Shown here: in pieces, positions 26,611 through 34,342 of the stretch
Position numbering within the stretch: the stretch's first letter is position 1
How the letters are laid out: every line of letters starts with the position of its first letter
NCBI GenBank assembly: GCA_965231125.1
Contig: OZ246414.1
Coordinates: 81,739 to 145,738, forward strand
DNA length: 64,000 bases
Source of the DNA: an uncultured Gammaproteobacteria bacterium
Lineage (GTDB): Bacteria; Patescibacteriota; Microgenomatia; Woykebacterales; RBG-16-39-9b
Reading direction: 5' to 3'
Program-made: the position numbers and the translations under genes
The notes under the pieces: model-generated
What the model saw: the letters and a program-made list of their open reading frames with translations, nothing else
What the model was told of the DNA's origin: nothing
Database searches by the model: none

Positions 26611-27501
26611 ATGAAAAGGCTGCTGCCACTGGCAGCGATAACGCTTTTGGTTGTTCTGGCTTACGCTTGCGGAGCTAAGGCCAGTACGCTAAAGAGCAAC
26701 ACTAACGCAGCTTCTGGCCTAGAAGCACAAATAACGCCTTGGGAAAAAGCTCAAGACGTGGCGAATGTTTCGCCAGAGATCACCAAAGCAGAGCTTGGTG
26801 ATGGAGCAGAGCTTGCAAACGAAATTTCGTTTGCAACTCTACGTCCGTTTTACCTAGCTCAATTCACGGGACTATCCTACGACTCCAATTACCAGTGGTC
26901 CGATTGGAGTTCCGATCCGCAAGGACAGCAGTTGGCCAGTGAAATCGAGCAAGAAGGGGTGGCGAGTAAACAAGAAACGCTGGACGGTTTGTACGCATCT
27001 AGTTTCATCCGCTACCATACCGGTACACTGAGCTGGGATGGGACTTCGCTTGGTGCTTGCCCACCAGGACCGCAGCATTTGGTGATTATCACCACAATCG
27101 TGTTCGGGCAAGCCGAAGGGGCCGCTTCCTTCTTCAACAATATTGTTCTACCGGAAGACGACGGTCTGAAGGGCCAGGTGGAGGCTCACCCTACTAACGG
27201 TACCACCGGGTTCGCTTGGTTCGACGAGCAAGAGAAGCAAAACACTTGTCTCTTGCCGGTCCAAAACGATGGGATGGTGGAGACTCACTACATAACCTAC
27301 CCAAGAAAGCAGAGTATTGCCTGGGTAGTCACTGGTACTTTTGTGATCAGAGTGGTAGAGACACTCGGCACATCAACAACAGCCAATCTAACTACCAACA
27401 CTGGTGAGTCCTTTAATCCAGACCCGAACCACTCTGCTGGCAATTACGCTAGCGATCAGGAAACGGCACTGAGATCGGCTTTACCGGAATATTTCCAGTA
27501 A
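26611..27501 (+). CDS. GC-rich putative lipoprotein (296 aa, unknown function)
   Basis: ATG 26611 with GAAGGAGGAG SD. MKRLLPLAAITLLVVLAYAC is lipobox-like. The upstream-extended ORF start at 26545 is unlikely. Confidence 0.55.
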   Translation: MKRLLPLAAITLLVVLAYACGAKASTLKSNTNAASGLEAQITPWEKAQDVANVSPEITKAELGDGAELANEISFATLRPFYLAQFTGLSYDSNYQWSDWSSDPQGQQLASEIEQEGVASKQETLDGLYASSFIRYHTGTLSWDGTSLGACPPGPQHLVIITTIVFGQAEGAASFFNNIVLPEDDGLKGQVEAHPTNGTTGFAWFDEQEKQNTCLLPVQNDGMVETHYITYPRKQSIAWVVTGTFVIRVVETLGTSTTANLTTNTGESFNPDPNHSAGNYASDQETALRSALPEYFQ

Positions 27502-27504
27502 CCC

Positions 27505-27537
27505 AAAGCGGTTCGAAATCACATCGAACCGCTTTTT
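27505..27537 (+). terminator. rho-independent terminator of the lipoprotein gene
   Basis: aaagcggttcga / tcgaaccgcttt 12-bp stem plus T-run. Confidence 0.7.
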
Positions 27538-27539
27538 CA

Positions 27540-27568
27540 TTGACAAATAAACTCGGCATCTATAAAAT
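27540..27568 (+). promoter_or_regulatory. TTGACA-N17-TAAAAT promoter, -10 ends 7 nt before the ATG (leaderless-type)
   Basis: TTGACA 27540-27545, TAAAAT 27563-27568, ATG 27576, no SD. Confidence 0.55.
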
Positions 27569-27575
27569 TGAATTA

Positions 27576-29270
27576 ATGTCTCTGCCCAAAAGATTAATTT
27601 TAATCTTTACTGTAATTTTAATTGCGATTTCCTTTTTTAGCTTAATTCCCCTAACGCAAGCCGCCTCTTCGGCTAGCAAACCTCAGAATAATCAACCGGT
27701 AAGTTCTAATAAAATCCAACCGATACCGGCTTCTTCAAACACAAATTTTCAGTACATTCCGACACCAAATGGAAATTACCAAAACCAAGAAGTAGCCCTT
27801 GGACCTGTTGGCGATTGGTTTGCTAATCGATTTCACGACGCAATCACCTTTTTCAGTGACCCTCTAGCTCCAATAGTAAAAGCGGCTCTCTTCTGGACTC
27901 AAGACGCTGCCTACCAACAGGCGGAAGGTTGTCCTTTTGAGGATGCCCAGTGCCATAATGATCAACGCCAACAATACCTTGCCGGAACTGATATTGCCCA
28001 CCTTTCTCACCCTGGAGCGCTGGATTACGCTTCCACCCTTTTGAGTAGTAGTTTAGATCTTCCGGTCCCCCTCGACTCAAGTCAATACTTCGCCTCGATT
28101 AATCCTTTTAGCCAGGCCCATGCATCCGGGGTTGGGGACCTCGCTCAAGACCCCATCCTTCACGTCTGGCAAAGAGTCCGAAATGTTGCCTACGCTGCCA
28201 GTGCGGTGATAATGATAATTTTGGGCTTTATGATAATGCTGCGTTGGAAACTAGACCCCCGAACCTCTGTGACAATTGCAAATTCCCTGCCCCGAATAAT
28301 TGTTGCTTTACTTTTAATTACCTTTAGCCTGGCTATTGCCGGTTTAATGATTGACCTCGCCAGAATAGTCACCAACCTTGCCACTGATTTGATTCCAATT
28401 ACGCTGCGCGGGGCGATGGGGTTAGCAGTTCTCGGTTTTTTTGCAGTGGGATCTTTGGTCCTGCTTTTTACTGCTGGCAGTACTATTGCTGCGGGCCCGG
28501 CTGGCCTCAGTATCGCCTTCATTACAGTTCTTCTGCTGTCGTTGATTTTGGTGATAATAATACTAGTTGTCTTCATTGTCCTTATTTATAAAATCTTAAT
28601 GCGCTATATAACCTTCATCGTTTTGACAATTTTTGCGCCTTTCTTTTTCTTAATTGGGGCCATTCCGGGGCTGGAAGGCGTAACCGCCAGCTGGTTTAAA
28701 CGCCAAATTGCCGCCCTTCTGGCAATACCGGCCATTGCCCTGATGGTTAATCTTTCCTTTTGGATTGGTTTTTCTGGTGCTGGCAATCTACCCAATCCCT
28801 GGCAGACAGGACCGTTACCAGTTGGTATCGTTGGAAATATTTTAAACTGGACAATTCTTTCCCCGATTGTCGGGCTTGGACTTTTCTTCTTCGCCACAAA
28901 AATGCCGGATATTATTGATGAGATGTTGCAAGTTAAACCTCTCGGTGCCAGAGCCGGAATCGGCCCCGGTGCTATACTCGGCGCCCCGATCGCTGCCTTT
29001 GGAACGCTCGGAACTGTTAACAGAGGTTTTCGAACCTTCCAACAAGGAGGTATGCTTTACGGCGCTTTACAAAATGATTCCCTTCTTGGCCGCTTATACC
29101 GACCTGTGGCACGTTTTGGTAGTTCTTTCCGTAAAAACCCAAAACCAGCCTTTCCACCTGCAGCTGGTGACGCGTGGGGTCAGGGTCTAAGAGATTTTGA
29201 ACGAAGCCGACAGGCTCAAGGACAACCTAGACAGGAAGGTGAACCACCCGACAGACCCCCAGGGACATAG
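27576..29270 (+). CDS. polytopic membrane protein, VirB6/TrbL-like (type IV secretion channel component analogue)
   Basis: 564 aa from MSLPKRLILIF. Signal/TM, an extracellular region of about 150 aa, then about 7 TM segments and a Pro/Gly/Arg-rich tail. Assignment rests on architecture and context only. Confidence 0.5.
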   Translation: MSLPKRLILIFTVILIAISFFSLIPLTQAASSASKPQNNQPVSSNKIQPIPASSNTNFQYIPTPNGNYQNQEVALGPVGDWFANRFHDAITFFSDPLAPIVKAALFWTQDAAYQQAEGCPFEDAQCHNDQRQQYLAGTDIAHLSHPGALDYASTLLSSSLDLPVPLDSSQYFASINPFSQAHASGVGDLAQDPILHVWQRVRNVAYAASAVIMIILGFMIMLRWKLDPRTSVTIANSLPRIIVALLLITFSLAIAGLMIDLARIVTNLATDLIPITLRGAMGLAVLGFFAVGSLVLLFTAGSTIAAGPAGLSIAFITVLLLSLILVIIILVVFIVLIYKILMRYITFIVLTIFAPFFFLIGAIPGLEGVTASWFKRQIAALLAIPAIALMVNLSFWIGFSGAGNLPNPWQTGPLPVGIVGNILNWTILSPIVGLGLFFFATKMPDIIDEMLQVKPLGARAGIGPGAILGAPIAAFGTLGTVNRGFRTFQQGGMLYGALQNDSLLGRLYRPVARFGSSFRKNPKPAFPPAAGDAWGQGLRDFERSRQAQGQPRQEGEPPDRPPGT

Positions 29271-29353
29271 CTTCGCCAGCAATACCACTAGTTGCACCAT
29301 CCTGATATAATTCAAGTCACGGGAAATACTGACCTGACGCTAAAGGAGAGGTT

Positions 29354-29542
29354 ATGGTAAAAATAATATCCTTCCTATTAGGTCTCCAACGAGGTGGTTT
29401 ACTTTGGTCCCTGCTGGCTCAGCCTGATGGAGTTCTTCGCAGGTTAGCCAAATCGCTTCTGCGAATTGGTAGTTTTCGAAGAAAACGACAGATACCAGCA
29501 ATACCGCCAGACCCTTCACAGACACGCAGGATCCGAAACTAG
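29354..29542 (+). CDS. possible small basic protein (62 aa)
   Basis: AAAGGAGAGG SD 2-3 nt from the ATG and an extended -10 TGaTATAAT at 29312-29320. No homology recognised, so it could be non-coding. Confidence 0.3.
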   Translation: MVKIISFLLGLQRGGLLWSLLAQPDGVLRRLAKSLLRIGSFRRKRQIPAIPPDPSQTRRIRN

Positions 29543-29603
29543 GCAAAAGAAAAGGGCCGGTTCGTACATTAAGCATTTCTGCTTATTGCACTTACCGGCC
29601 CTT
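29543..29603 (-). terminator. terminator of the 1111-aa gene
   Basis: On the minus strand, aagggccggt / accggccctt 10-bp stem (32-nt loop with inner agca/tgct stem) followed by ttcttttg. Confidence 0.5.
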
Positions 29604-29609
29604 CGCAAC

Positions 29610-32600
29610 CTAAGCGGCTACAATCACAAATCCGCTATTGGGTTCTGGCACTGCGCTCGTAACTAGGTTGTTGTGGCCCATATAGACCATCTTGATGTAC
29701 CTGATGTAACGCTGCTTCTCCTCCTCTCCTATGTTCCTAATCGCTTCCCGTAGAACGTTATTGATTTGGTCCCAGCGATATTTGTCGACGATCATTTCCG
29801 CAAGCTTCATAGAGTATCGGGAGTCAATTTTTGCCCAGCGGGCAATAGTGACAGTCAGGCGATCAACGTCCATCTCCCTCATCGCCTTGCCTCTCTGGAC
29901 TCCATCTTGCTCTTTGAACCTAGAGAGCCACCAACTATTACCCTTTAGGCTCTTGGCGCTTTCCTTAACGAACTCGAGTTCGTCTGTCTCACTCCAGTGA
30001 CCAAGCTCCCGCGCCCTGGCTTTACCGAGACTGTTGTCGAACACTCGGTTCCACCAAACCCATTCCCCATCTCGAACAAATTTGGACTCTGACTCAGCAT
30101 CGTCCCCGATTCGGAAGGGGTAACCCTCGCTGATCCAGGAACCGTAGGTGCCTCCGGAGAAAGCGTGGGCCCGACCCAAAAGGGTGAGCTCCATCTCCCT
30201 CTCTTCCTGGTAAGCGATCGCTGGTCTGCGCAGATCCCAAATCATTCGCTCCATACCGATCCGGCGACCACCAGGAAGCCCGAGATCGAATCTGCCCTTC
30301 GGAATTACGATGGTGGGTAGGCCTTCGGTGTTCCGCCGGACTACGGGGACCACCTGCTGCACCCGGTTAGTCATCGCTTCTTGCAAAGCGTACTGAACCC
30401 TAGCCCGCTTTGGCTCCTCGGGCTGGTGAGCCCACATTGCGTACATGAAGTTACGCGCTGCAGTGGCGTTGTCGTAGTTCACCCGAATGAAGCTATCATA
30501 GCCGTACGTATTTGGGTTGGACAAGCGCACGTTAAGCACCGCCAACGCATTCATCTGACCTAGAATCGCCTCGTTCTGCAGCCAAACGGTGATAGGGTCT
30601 CGGACGGCAAACTCGATGGTACGGGTCCAATCGTCCTCGTCTCGGTAGTTGCGTACCCTGCTGGTGAACTCCTTAACTAGCGTGTCAAAGTCGGGCATCG
30701 CCCCATCACCAGCCGCCGAGTTTAGCCCTCGCTCGCGCTTGAGCTGATCCAAGGCGACTGCCATTGCCTCGGCGTACAAAGTTGCCTGAGCACCGTCGTG
30801 AGGCATCTTCTGCCAGGGTTCCTTGAAGAACCAGGCCCAGTCAAGTAGCGAGCGACGAAGCTCAACCCTTTCCTGGGACACCTCCACGAAACGCTCAAAT
30901 ATCTCGTTTCCGAGAACGTACGCTTCCCTTTCGTCCCGAGTCGGTTCTTTGATCTCCGAGAAGACAGCCTGCCATTCCTCATGAACAAGCTTGTCCGGTA
31001 TCTCTTCTGGACTAGGGATCGGCGCAAAAGCCTCCCCCCGATGCAGTTTGCCCAGAAGGTGGGCCTGGAACCGAGCGCACCGATGCAGAATCATGTACCG
31101 CCGGTCGCAGGTATAATCGATGCTCTCCCACTCACCACCGAAGTTGTTCTGGACATACCGAGCTACGTCCGCATCTTCCATATTCCAACCCTCACGTTTG
31201 GTCCGCATAGAGCGGGCCATCTGCCAGAATTGAATACGGTGCAGACGCTTTCTGCGTCGCTCGATATTTTCCGCCCTGTAGCGGAAGGTGGAGTGATCCA
31301 CCACTGGTTCCCAGCTACCGTAGGAAGGCTGGTAAACTAGCTTCCCTGTCTCCTTATCAACCTTGGATTTACCAGGACGGTATACCCAAGTCACGGTGGA
31401 TGGTTGCTCCACGTACACCGCGAGCTGCACGAGCTCCTTGAGAGCCTGTGCCTGGCTGACTGGATCCGAGGTTTGCGCCCCAAAAATATCCGCCAGAAGC
31501 CAAGGCTCGTTCATCTGCTCGCTTGGATACGAACGGTCCATGTTTTGGTCCACGAAGCTATCCTGATCGCGGAGCCAACGTGCCCACCATTTCTTTAGGG
31601 CTTTGCGACCCTTTGTCTTTTCGAGCTCTATCATCTCTTCTTCGGTGGGTATGCGGAATCCGCTAACTACCTCACCAGTTTTAGGATCGCGTTTCTGCTT
31701 CCGACGGACCGTTTCTTCGAAGTATTTCCACGTCGCCCCGTAACCGAAGTACTCGGTTCCATCCTCATCCGTATAGTAGAGGATTTTCTCCGAACACACT
31801 TTGTGAGCGAGCATGGTGCGGCCTTTTATGTTCAGGTCGCCCACGTCGATTTCGTACTTCTCAGTGTGCGGATTGTAGTGCAGGCCTTCGGGAAATTCCT
31901 GAAAGACCCCTTCACGAACGTTTGCACCATTGCGGTAATACTCCGCTTCCACGCGGCTGCGGAGTGCCTCTTTTTCAGCTTCAGACAGCTCTTCGAGCTC
32001 CCCGGTTTCGGGGTTCTCCACGAAGTAATACCACTGATCTGGTTCCTTCGGGCGAAGCTTCAGCCGAAGCGCGCGGCGGTAGACGTTGTCTTTCTCCCGC
32101 CATTCATCCATTGGTGCGTTGGGTTTGTGCGGTGGAGGGACTTTATTCAACCCTTCGTTGTTCACTGGAAGGTCTCCAGCTCCAACAGCAGGGTAGAACA
32201 CTCGATAGCGAGTAAAGTCCTCTCTCTTCGCGATATCCTCCGCGTGCAACTTGCGCATAACTTCCAGCCGGGAAGAGCCAGGGTTCTTTTTGAGAGCCCG
32301 ACGCATCCGGTGGTAGCTACGCGACACACGCCGAATTTCCCGGTGGTACATCCAGTTAGGATAGCGTCCACCGGGACCAATGTCTTGACGAACTCTAGCG
32401 TGGTTCAGCTCGGGCGAAAGAACGAACATGTTCGTGTCGATACGAACCTGCCCAAGAGAAACCTCAGAGTTCTCTATTTCTTGTTGAAGTTTCTGTACTT
32501 CTTCCCACATGTGCTTTTGTTTTACGGTGTCCGAGATTCCAAACGAGAGAGTGCTGATGAGAAACGGGTTTTTTCCCTTACGCTCAATAGCGTAGCATAG

Positions 32601-32945
32601 AATCGGTTCCCGCTCTCCCATTGGGAATTCGGGCTTTCCGTCTCTGCCAACCCGCCATACCCCGTCCCTTGGTACAACGACTCGCTCCTTAGGCTTGGCT
32701 GTAACCACTTCCATGAAGAAGCGGCGGCCACCCCTCTGCCCGTTGATCTGGAAACCTTGTTCCGAATACTGCGTCTCAGCCAGAGCTTTGAGCTCCTGCT
32801 CTAGCGATGGGAGACCAGCGTATGCCCCCGATCCATATTCGGCTGGGGTTATTACCAGATCCGGTATTCTACCGAACCTAGTTCCGGGAAGAGCTTCCTC
32901 GAACTCTTCGCCATAACCGTCACCGTCCCCATTACCATTTGTCAT
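29610..32945 (-). CDS. large GC-rich orphan protein (1111 aa, no recognisable domains)
   Basis: Uninterrupted ORF. Best start is ATG 32945 (MTNGNGDGDGYGEEF) with GAGGAGGA 8 nt upstream. No signal peptide or TM. Arg/Glu/Trp-rich. Confidence 0.7.
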   Translation of the reverse strand: MTNGNGDGDGYGEEFEEALPGTRFGRIPDLVITPAEYGSGAYAGLPSLEQELKALAETQYSEQGFQINGQRGGRRFFMEVVTAKPKERVVVPRDGVWRVGRDGKPEFPMGEREPILCYAIERKGKNPFLISTLSFGISDTVKQKHMWEEVQKLQQEIENSEVSLGQVRIDTNMFVLSPELNHARVRQDIGPGGRYPNWMYHREIRRVSRSYHRMRRALKKNPGSSRLEVMRKLHAEDIAKREDFTRYRVFYPAVGAGDLPVNNEGLNKVPPPHKPNAPMDEWREKDNVYRRALRLKLRPKEPDQWYYFVENPETGELEELSEAEKEALRSRVEAEYYRNGANVREGVFQEFPEGLHYNPHTEKYEIDVGDLNIKGRTMLAHKVCSEKILYYTDEDGTEYFGYGATWKYFEETVRRKQKRDPKTGEVVSGFRIPTEEEMIELEKTKGRKALKKWWARWLRDQDSFVDQNMDRSYPSEQMNEPWLLADIFGAQTSDPVSQAQALKELVQLAVYVEQPSTVTWVYRPGKSKVDKETGKLVYQPSYGSWEPVVDHSTFRYRAENIERRRKRLHRIQFWQMARSMRTKREGWNMEDADVARYVQNNFGGEWESIDYTCDRRYMILHRCARFQAHLLGKLHRGEAFAPIPSPEEIPDKLVHEEWQAVFSEIKEPTRDEREAYVLGNEIFERFVEVSQERVELRRSLLDWAWFFKEPWQKMPHDGAQATLYAEAMAVALDQLKRERGLNSAAGDGAMPDFDTLVKEFTSRVRNYRDEDDWTRTIEFAVRDPITVWLQNEAILGQMNALAVLNVRLSNPNTYGYDSFIRVNYDNATAARNFMYAMWAHQPEEPKRARVQYALQEAMTNRVQQVVPVVRRNTEGLPTIVIPKGRFDLGLPGGRRIGMERMIWDLRRPAIAYQEEREMELTLLGRAHAFSGGTYGSWISEGYPFRIGDDAESESKFVRDGEWVWWNRVFDNSLGKARARELGHWSETDELEFVKESAKSLKGNSWWLSRFKEQDGVQRGKAMREMDVDRLTVTIARWAKIDSRYSMKLAEMIVDKYRWDQINNVLREAIRNIGEEEKQRYIRYIKMVYMGHNNLVTSAVPEPNSGFVIVAA

Positions 32946-33086
32946 TTGTGTTTCCTCCTCGCTGTTGAACCACCTCGACTTAGTCGAGGGTGCTGACCGG
33001 CAAACTTTCTTTGTGAGAACTGTTTCCCACTTTGGTGTTTGCTGGATCAGCAGCAACACCAAGGGGCGGCCGAAGGCCAGTTTTAA

Positions 33087-33113
33087 ATTATAAGACGCGG
33101 GACATATGTCCAA
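33087..33113 (-). promoter_or_regulatory. candidate promoter (TTGGAC-N15-TATAAT) overlapping palindrome ggacatatgtcc
   Basis: Minus-strand TATAAT is the reverse complement of 33087-33092. TTGGAC is the reverse complement of 33108-33113. The spacer is short (15 nt). Confidence 0.3.
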
Positions 33114-33204
33114 AACACTAGAATCTTACATCCTAAATCTGACATCCATCCGTCCCTCGGTGTTACCTATACTAAGGAGGGGTCCTGGTTTTCACCGGGA
33201 CTTC

Positions 33205-33233
33205 GACTTGTCTAACGACAAGTCTTGTTTTTT
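33205..33233 (+). terminator. plus-strand terminator-like hairpin with no obvious upstream plus-strand gene
   Basis: gacttgtc-taac-gacaagtc perfect 8-bp stem followed by ttgtttttt. A second hairpin plus T-rich tract lies at 33260-33290. Confidence 0.45.
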
Positions 33234-33336
33234 GCTTGTTACCTCAATTTTTCGGCGTACTACAGGTTTAATCCTGTAGTTCTTTTGATCTTTATTCGTT
33301 TTTTAAGGTGCACATTAGCTTTTCGAAAATAGATCG

Positions 33337-33399
33337 CTCCGTAACCAAATCCAAGTGATTTGGGTACTCTCGCGTTCTGTGCTTTAAAAAAGCTAAGGG
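33337..33399. repeat. right copy of the inverted repeat (33-mer plus extended imperfect arm)
   Basis: ctccgtaaccaaatccaagtgatttgggtactc (33337-33369) is the reverse complement of 26465-26497 with 1 mismatch. The arm continues ...gttctgtgct..agctaaggg, matching 26427-26457. Confidence 0.65.
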
Positions 33400-33817
33400 C
33401 TCTGGGTGACAAATTTCTTATCAACCAGAGCCCACCTTCGGGGTCCTATGAAGGGACACCTCAACTCGGAGGTGGCTCTGGATTATTTAGTTTAATTTTA
33501 AGTTCGCCCTTACTCATTTTTTCTAGCCTCTACTGACTGGCCGAATTTTAGCATAACTTAGCTTAAATGTCAACTATAAGTCATTTTGTAACTTCGAAAC
33601 CTGCGAGCTCTTGGTTTCTCAGGTACTCTCACGTCTCGCGCTAGGCGTCTTAACGCCTAGCTAAGAGCGCATCGGTTTTTATTCGCGCAGTACGATACAG
33701 TTTGACTCGGTTGCTTTTAGCCTCCCCATGAGCCATAATAATCCCTACAATAGTCGTAAAAAGCTATTTTTCGGCGAAGGATCAGCGAAGCGAGCCGAAG
33801 TATTGTAACCAAAAGTT

Positions 33818-34342
33818 ATGCAACAGCATCCTGTCCCACAGAACATAACAAGTTTTGAATTTAAGCTAGTTGGGTTTCTGACGATTAAGCAATTCGGCTA
33901 TCTTGCCGCTGCCGGAATTTTTTCCTTTGTCTTTTTCATTTCTCCAATACCGACCCTTTTAAAAACTATCGTTATTACTCCTTTTGCCGCAGCCGGACTT
34001 GCCTTTGCTTTTGCTAACATAAACGGTCTCTCGTTTGACAAGTGGATCGTTGCCTTTATTCACTCGGTCTATTCCCCGTCAAGAAGGGTTTGGCACAAAG
34101 TGCCGAAGGAGATAAGTTTTCTCGCGCCAAATTTTTCCTACTATCTCAAGCGGCCGCCTACCCAACAAAAAATTGCCAGTGGCGATCGGACTCGTTTAGA
34201 AAAATATCTTGCGCAGTTGCGAAACCAGCGTTTTAATTCTAATCTCGATGTTTTTGAGGAAATGCGCCTTTCAAAAATTGACTTTAGGGCGACTGTTCCT
34301 CACTTTACAACCGTAGACTCCCAAAGGGATGAAGGCGACTGA
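33818..34342 (+). CDS. PrgI-like (VirB3 analogue) membrane protein
   Basis: 174 aa. The N-terminus HPVPQNITSFEFKLVGFLTIKQFGYLAAAG followed by two TM segments is the pattern I associate with PrgI family proteins of Gram-positive-type T4SS. Confidence 0.55.
   Translation: MQQHPVPQNITSFEFKLVGFLTIKQFGYLAAAGIFSFVFFISPIPTLLKTIVITPFAAAGLAFAFANINGLSFDKWIVAFIHSVYSPSRRVWHKVPKEISFLAPNFSYYLKRPPTQQKIASGDRTRLEKYLAQLRNQRFNSNLDVFEEMRLSKIDFRATVPHFTTVDSQRDEGD

Larger units (their letters stand above)
26427..33399. mobile_element. candidate inverted-repeat-bounded insertion/invertible block (very tentative)
   Basis: Bounded by the 33-bp (32/33) inverted repeat with extended imperfect arms. Contains genes of atypical composition. 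No recombinase recognised. Confidence 0.25.

Noticed and set aside
29352-29576. 74-aa minus-strand ORF downstream of the orphan gene
   Set aside because: It starts inside the loop of the terminator hairpin and has no SD. It is antisense to the better-supported (still weak) SD-preceded plus-strand 62-aa ORF.
29610-32945. Cas12/TnpB-like nuclease idea for the 1111-aa protein (Arg-rich helix RRRKRLHRIQFW.., DADVARYVQNN resembling the RuvC-III DADxNAA)
   Set aside because: There is no convincing RuvC-I/II pair in the right order, no Zn-finger/CxxC near the DAD, and the DAD is mid-protein rather than C-terminal. There is no CRISPR array or obvious guide-RNA repeat nearby. I keep it only as something a structure search would settle.
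29610-32945. RdRp/RT-like reading of FSGGTYGS...RIGDDAE
   Set aside because: The SG..T to GDD spacing is too short (about 13 aa). There is no upstream DxxxxD motif A and no YxDD. The resemblance is probably fortuitous.
33176-33262. 28-codon hydrophobic micro-ORF after the strong TAAGGAGG at 33173-33180 (possible type I toxin)
   Set aside because: The only in-frame initiator at suitable spacing is CTG, and the ORF runs through the terminator hairpin. The GGAGG more likely just forms part of RNA structure.
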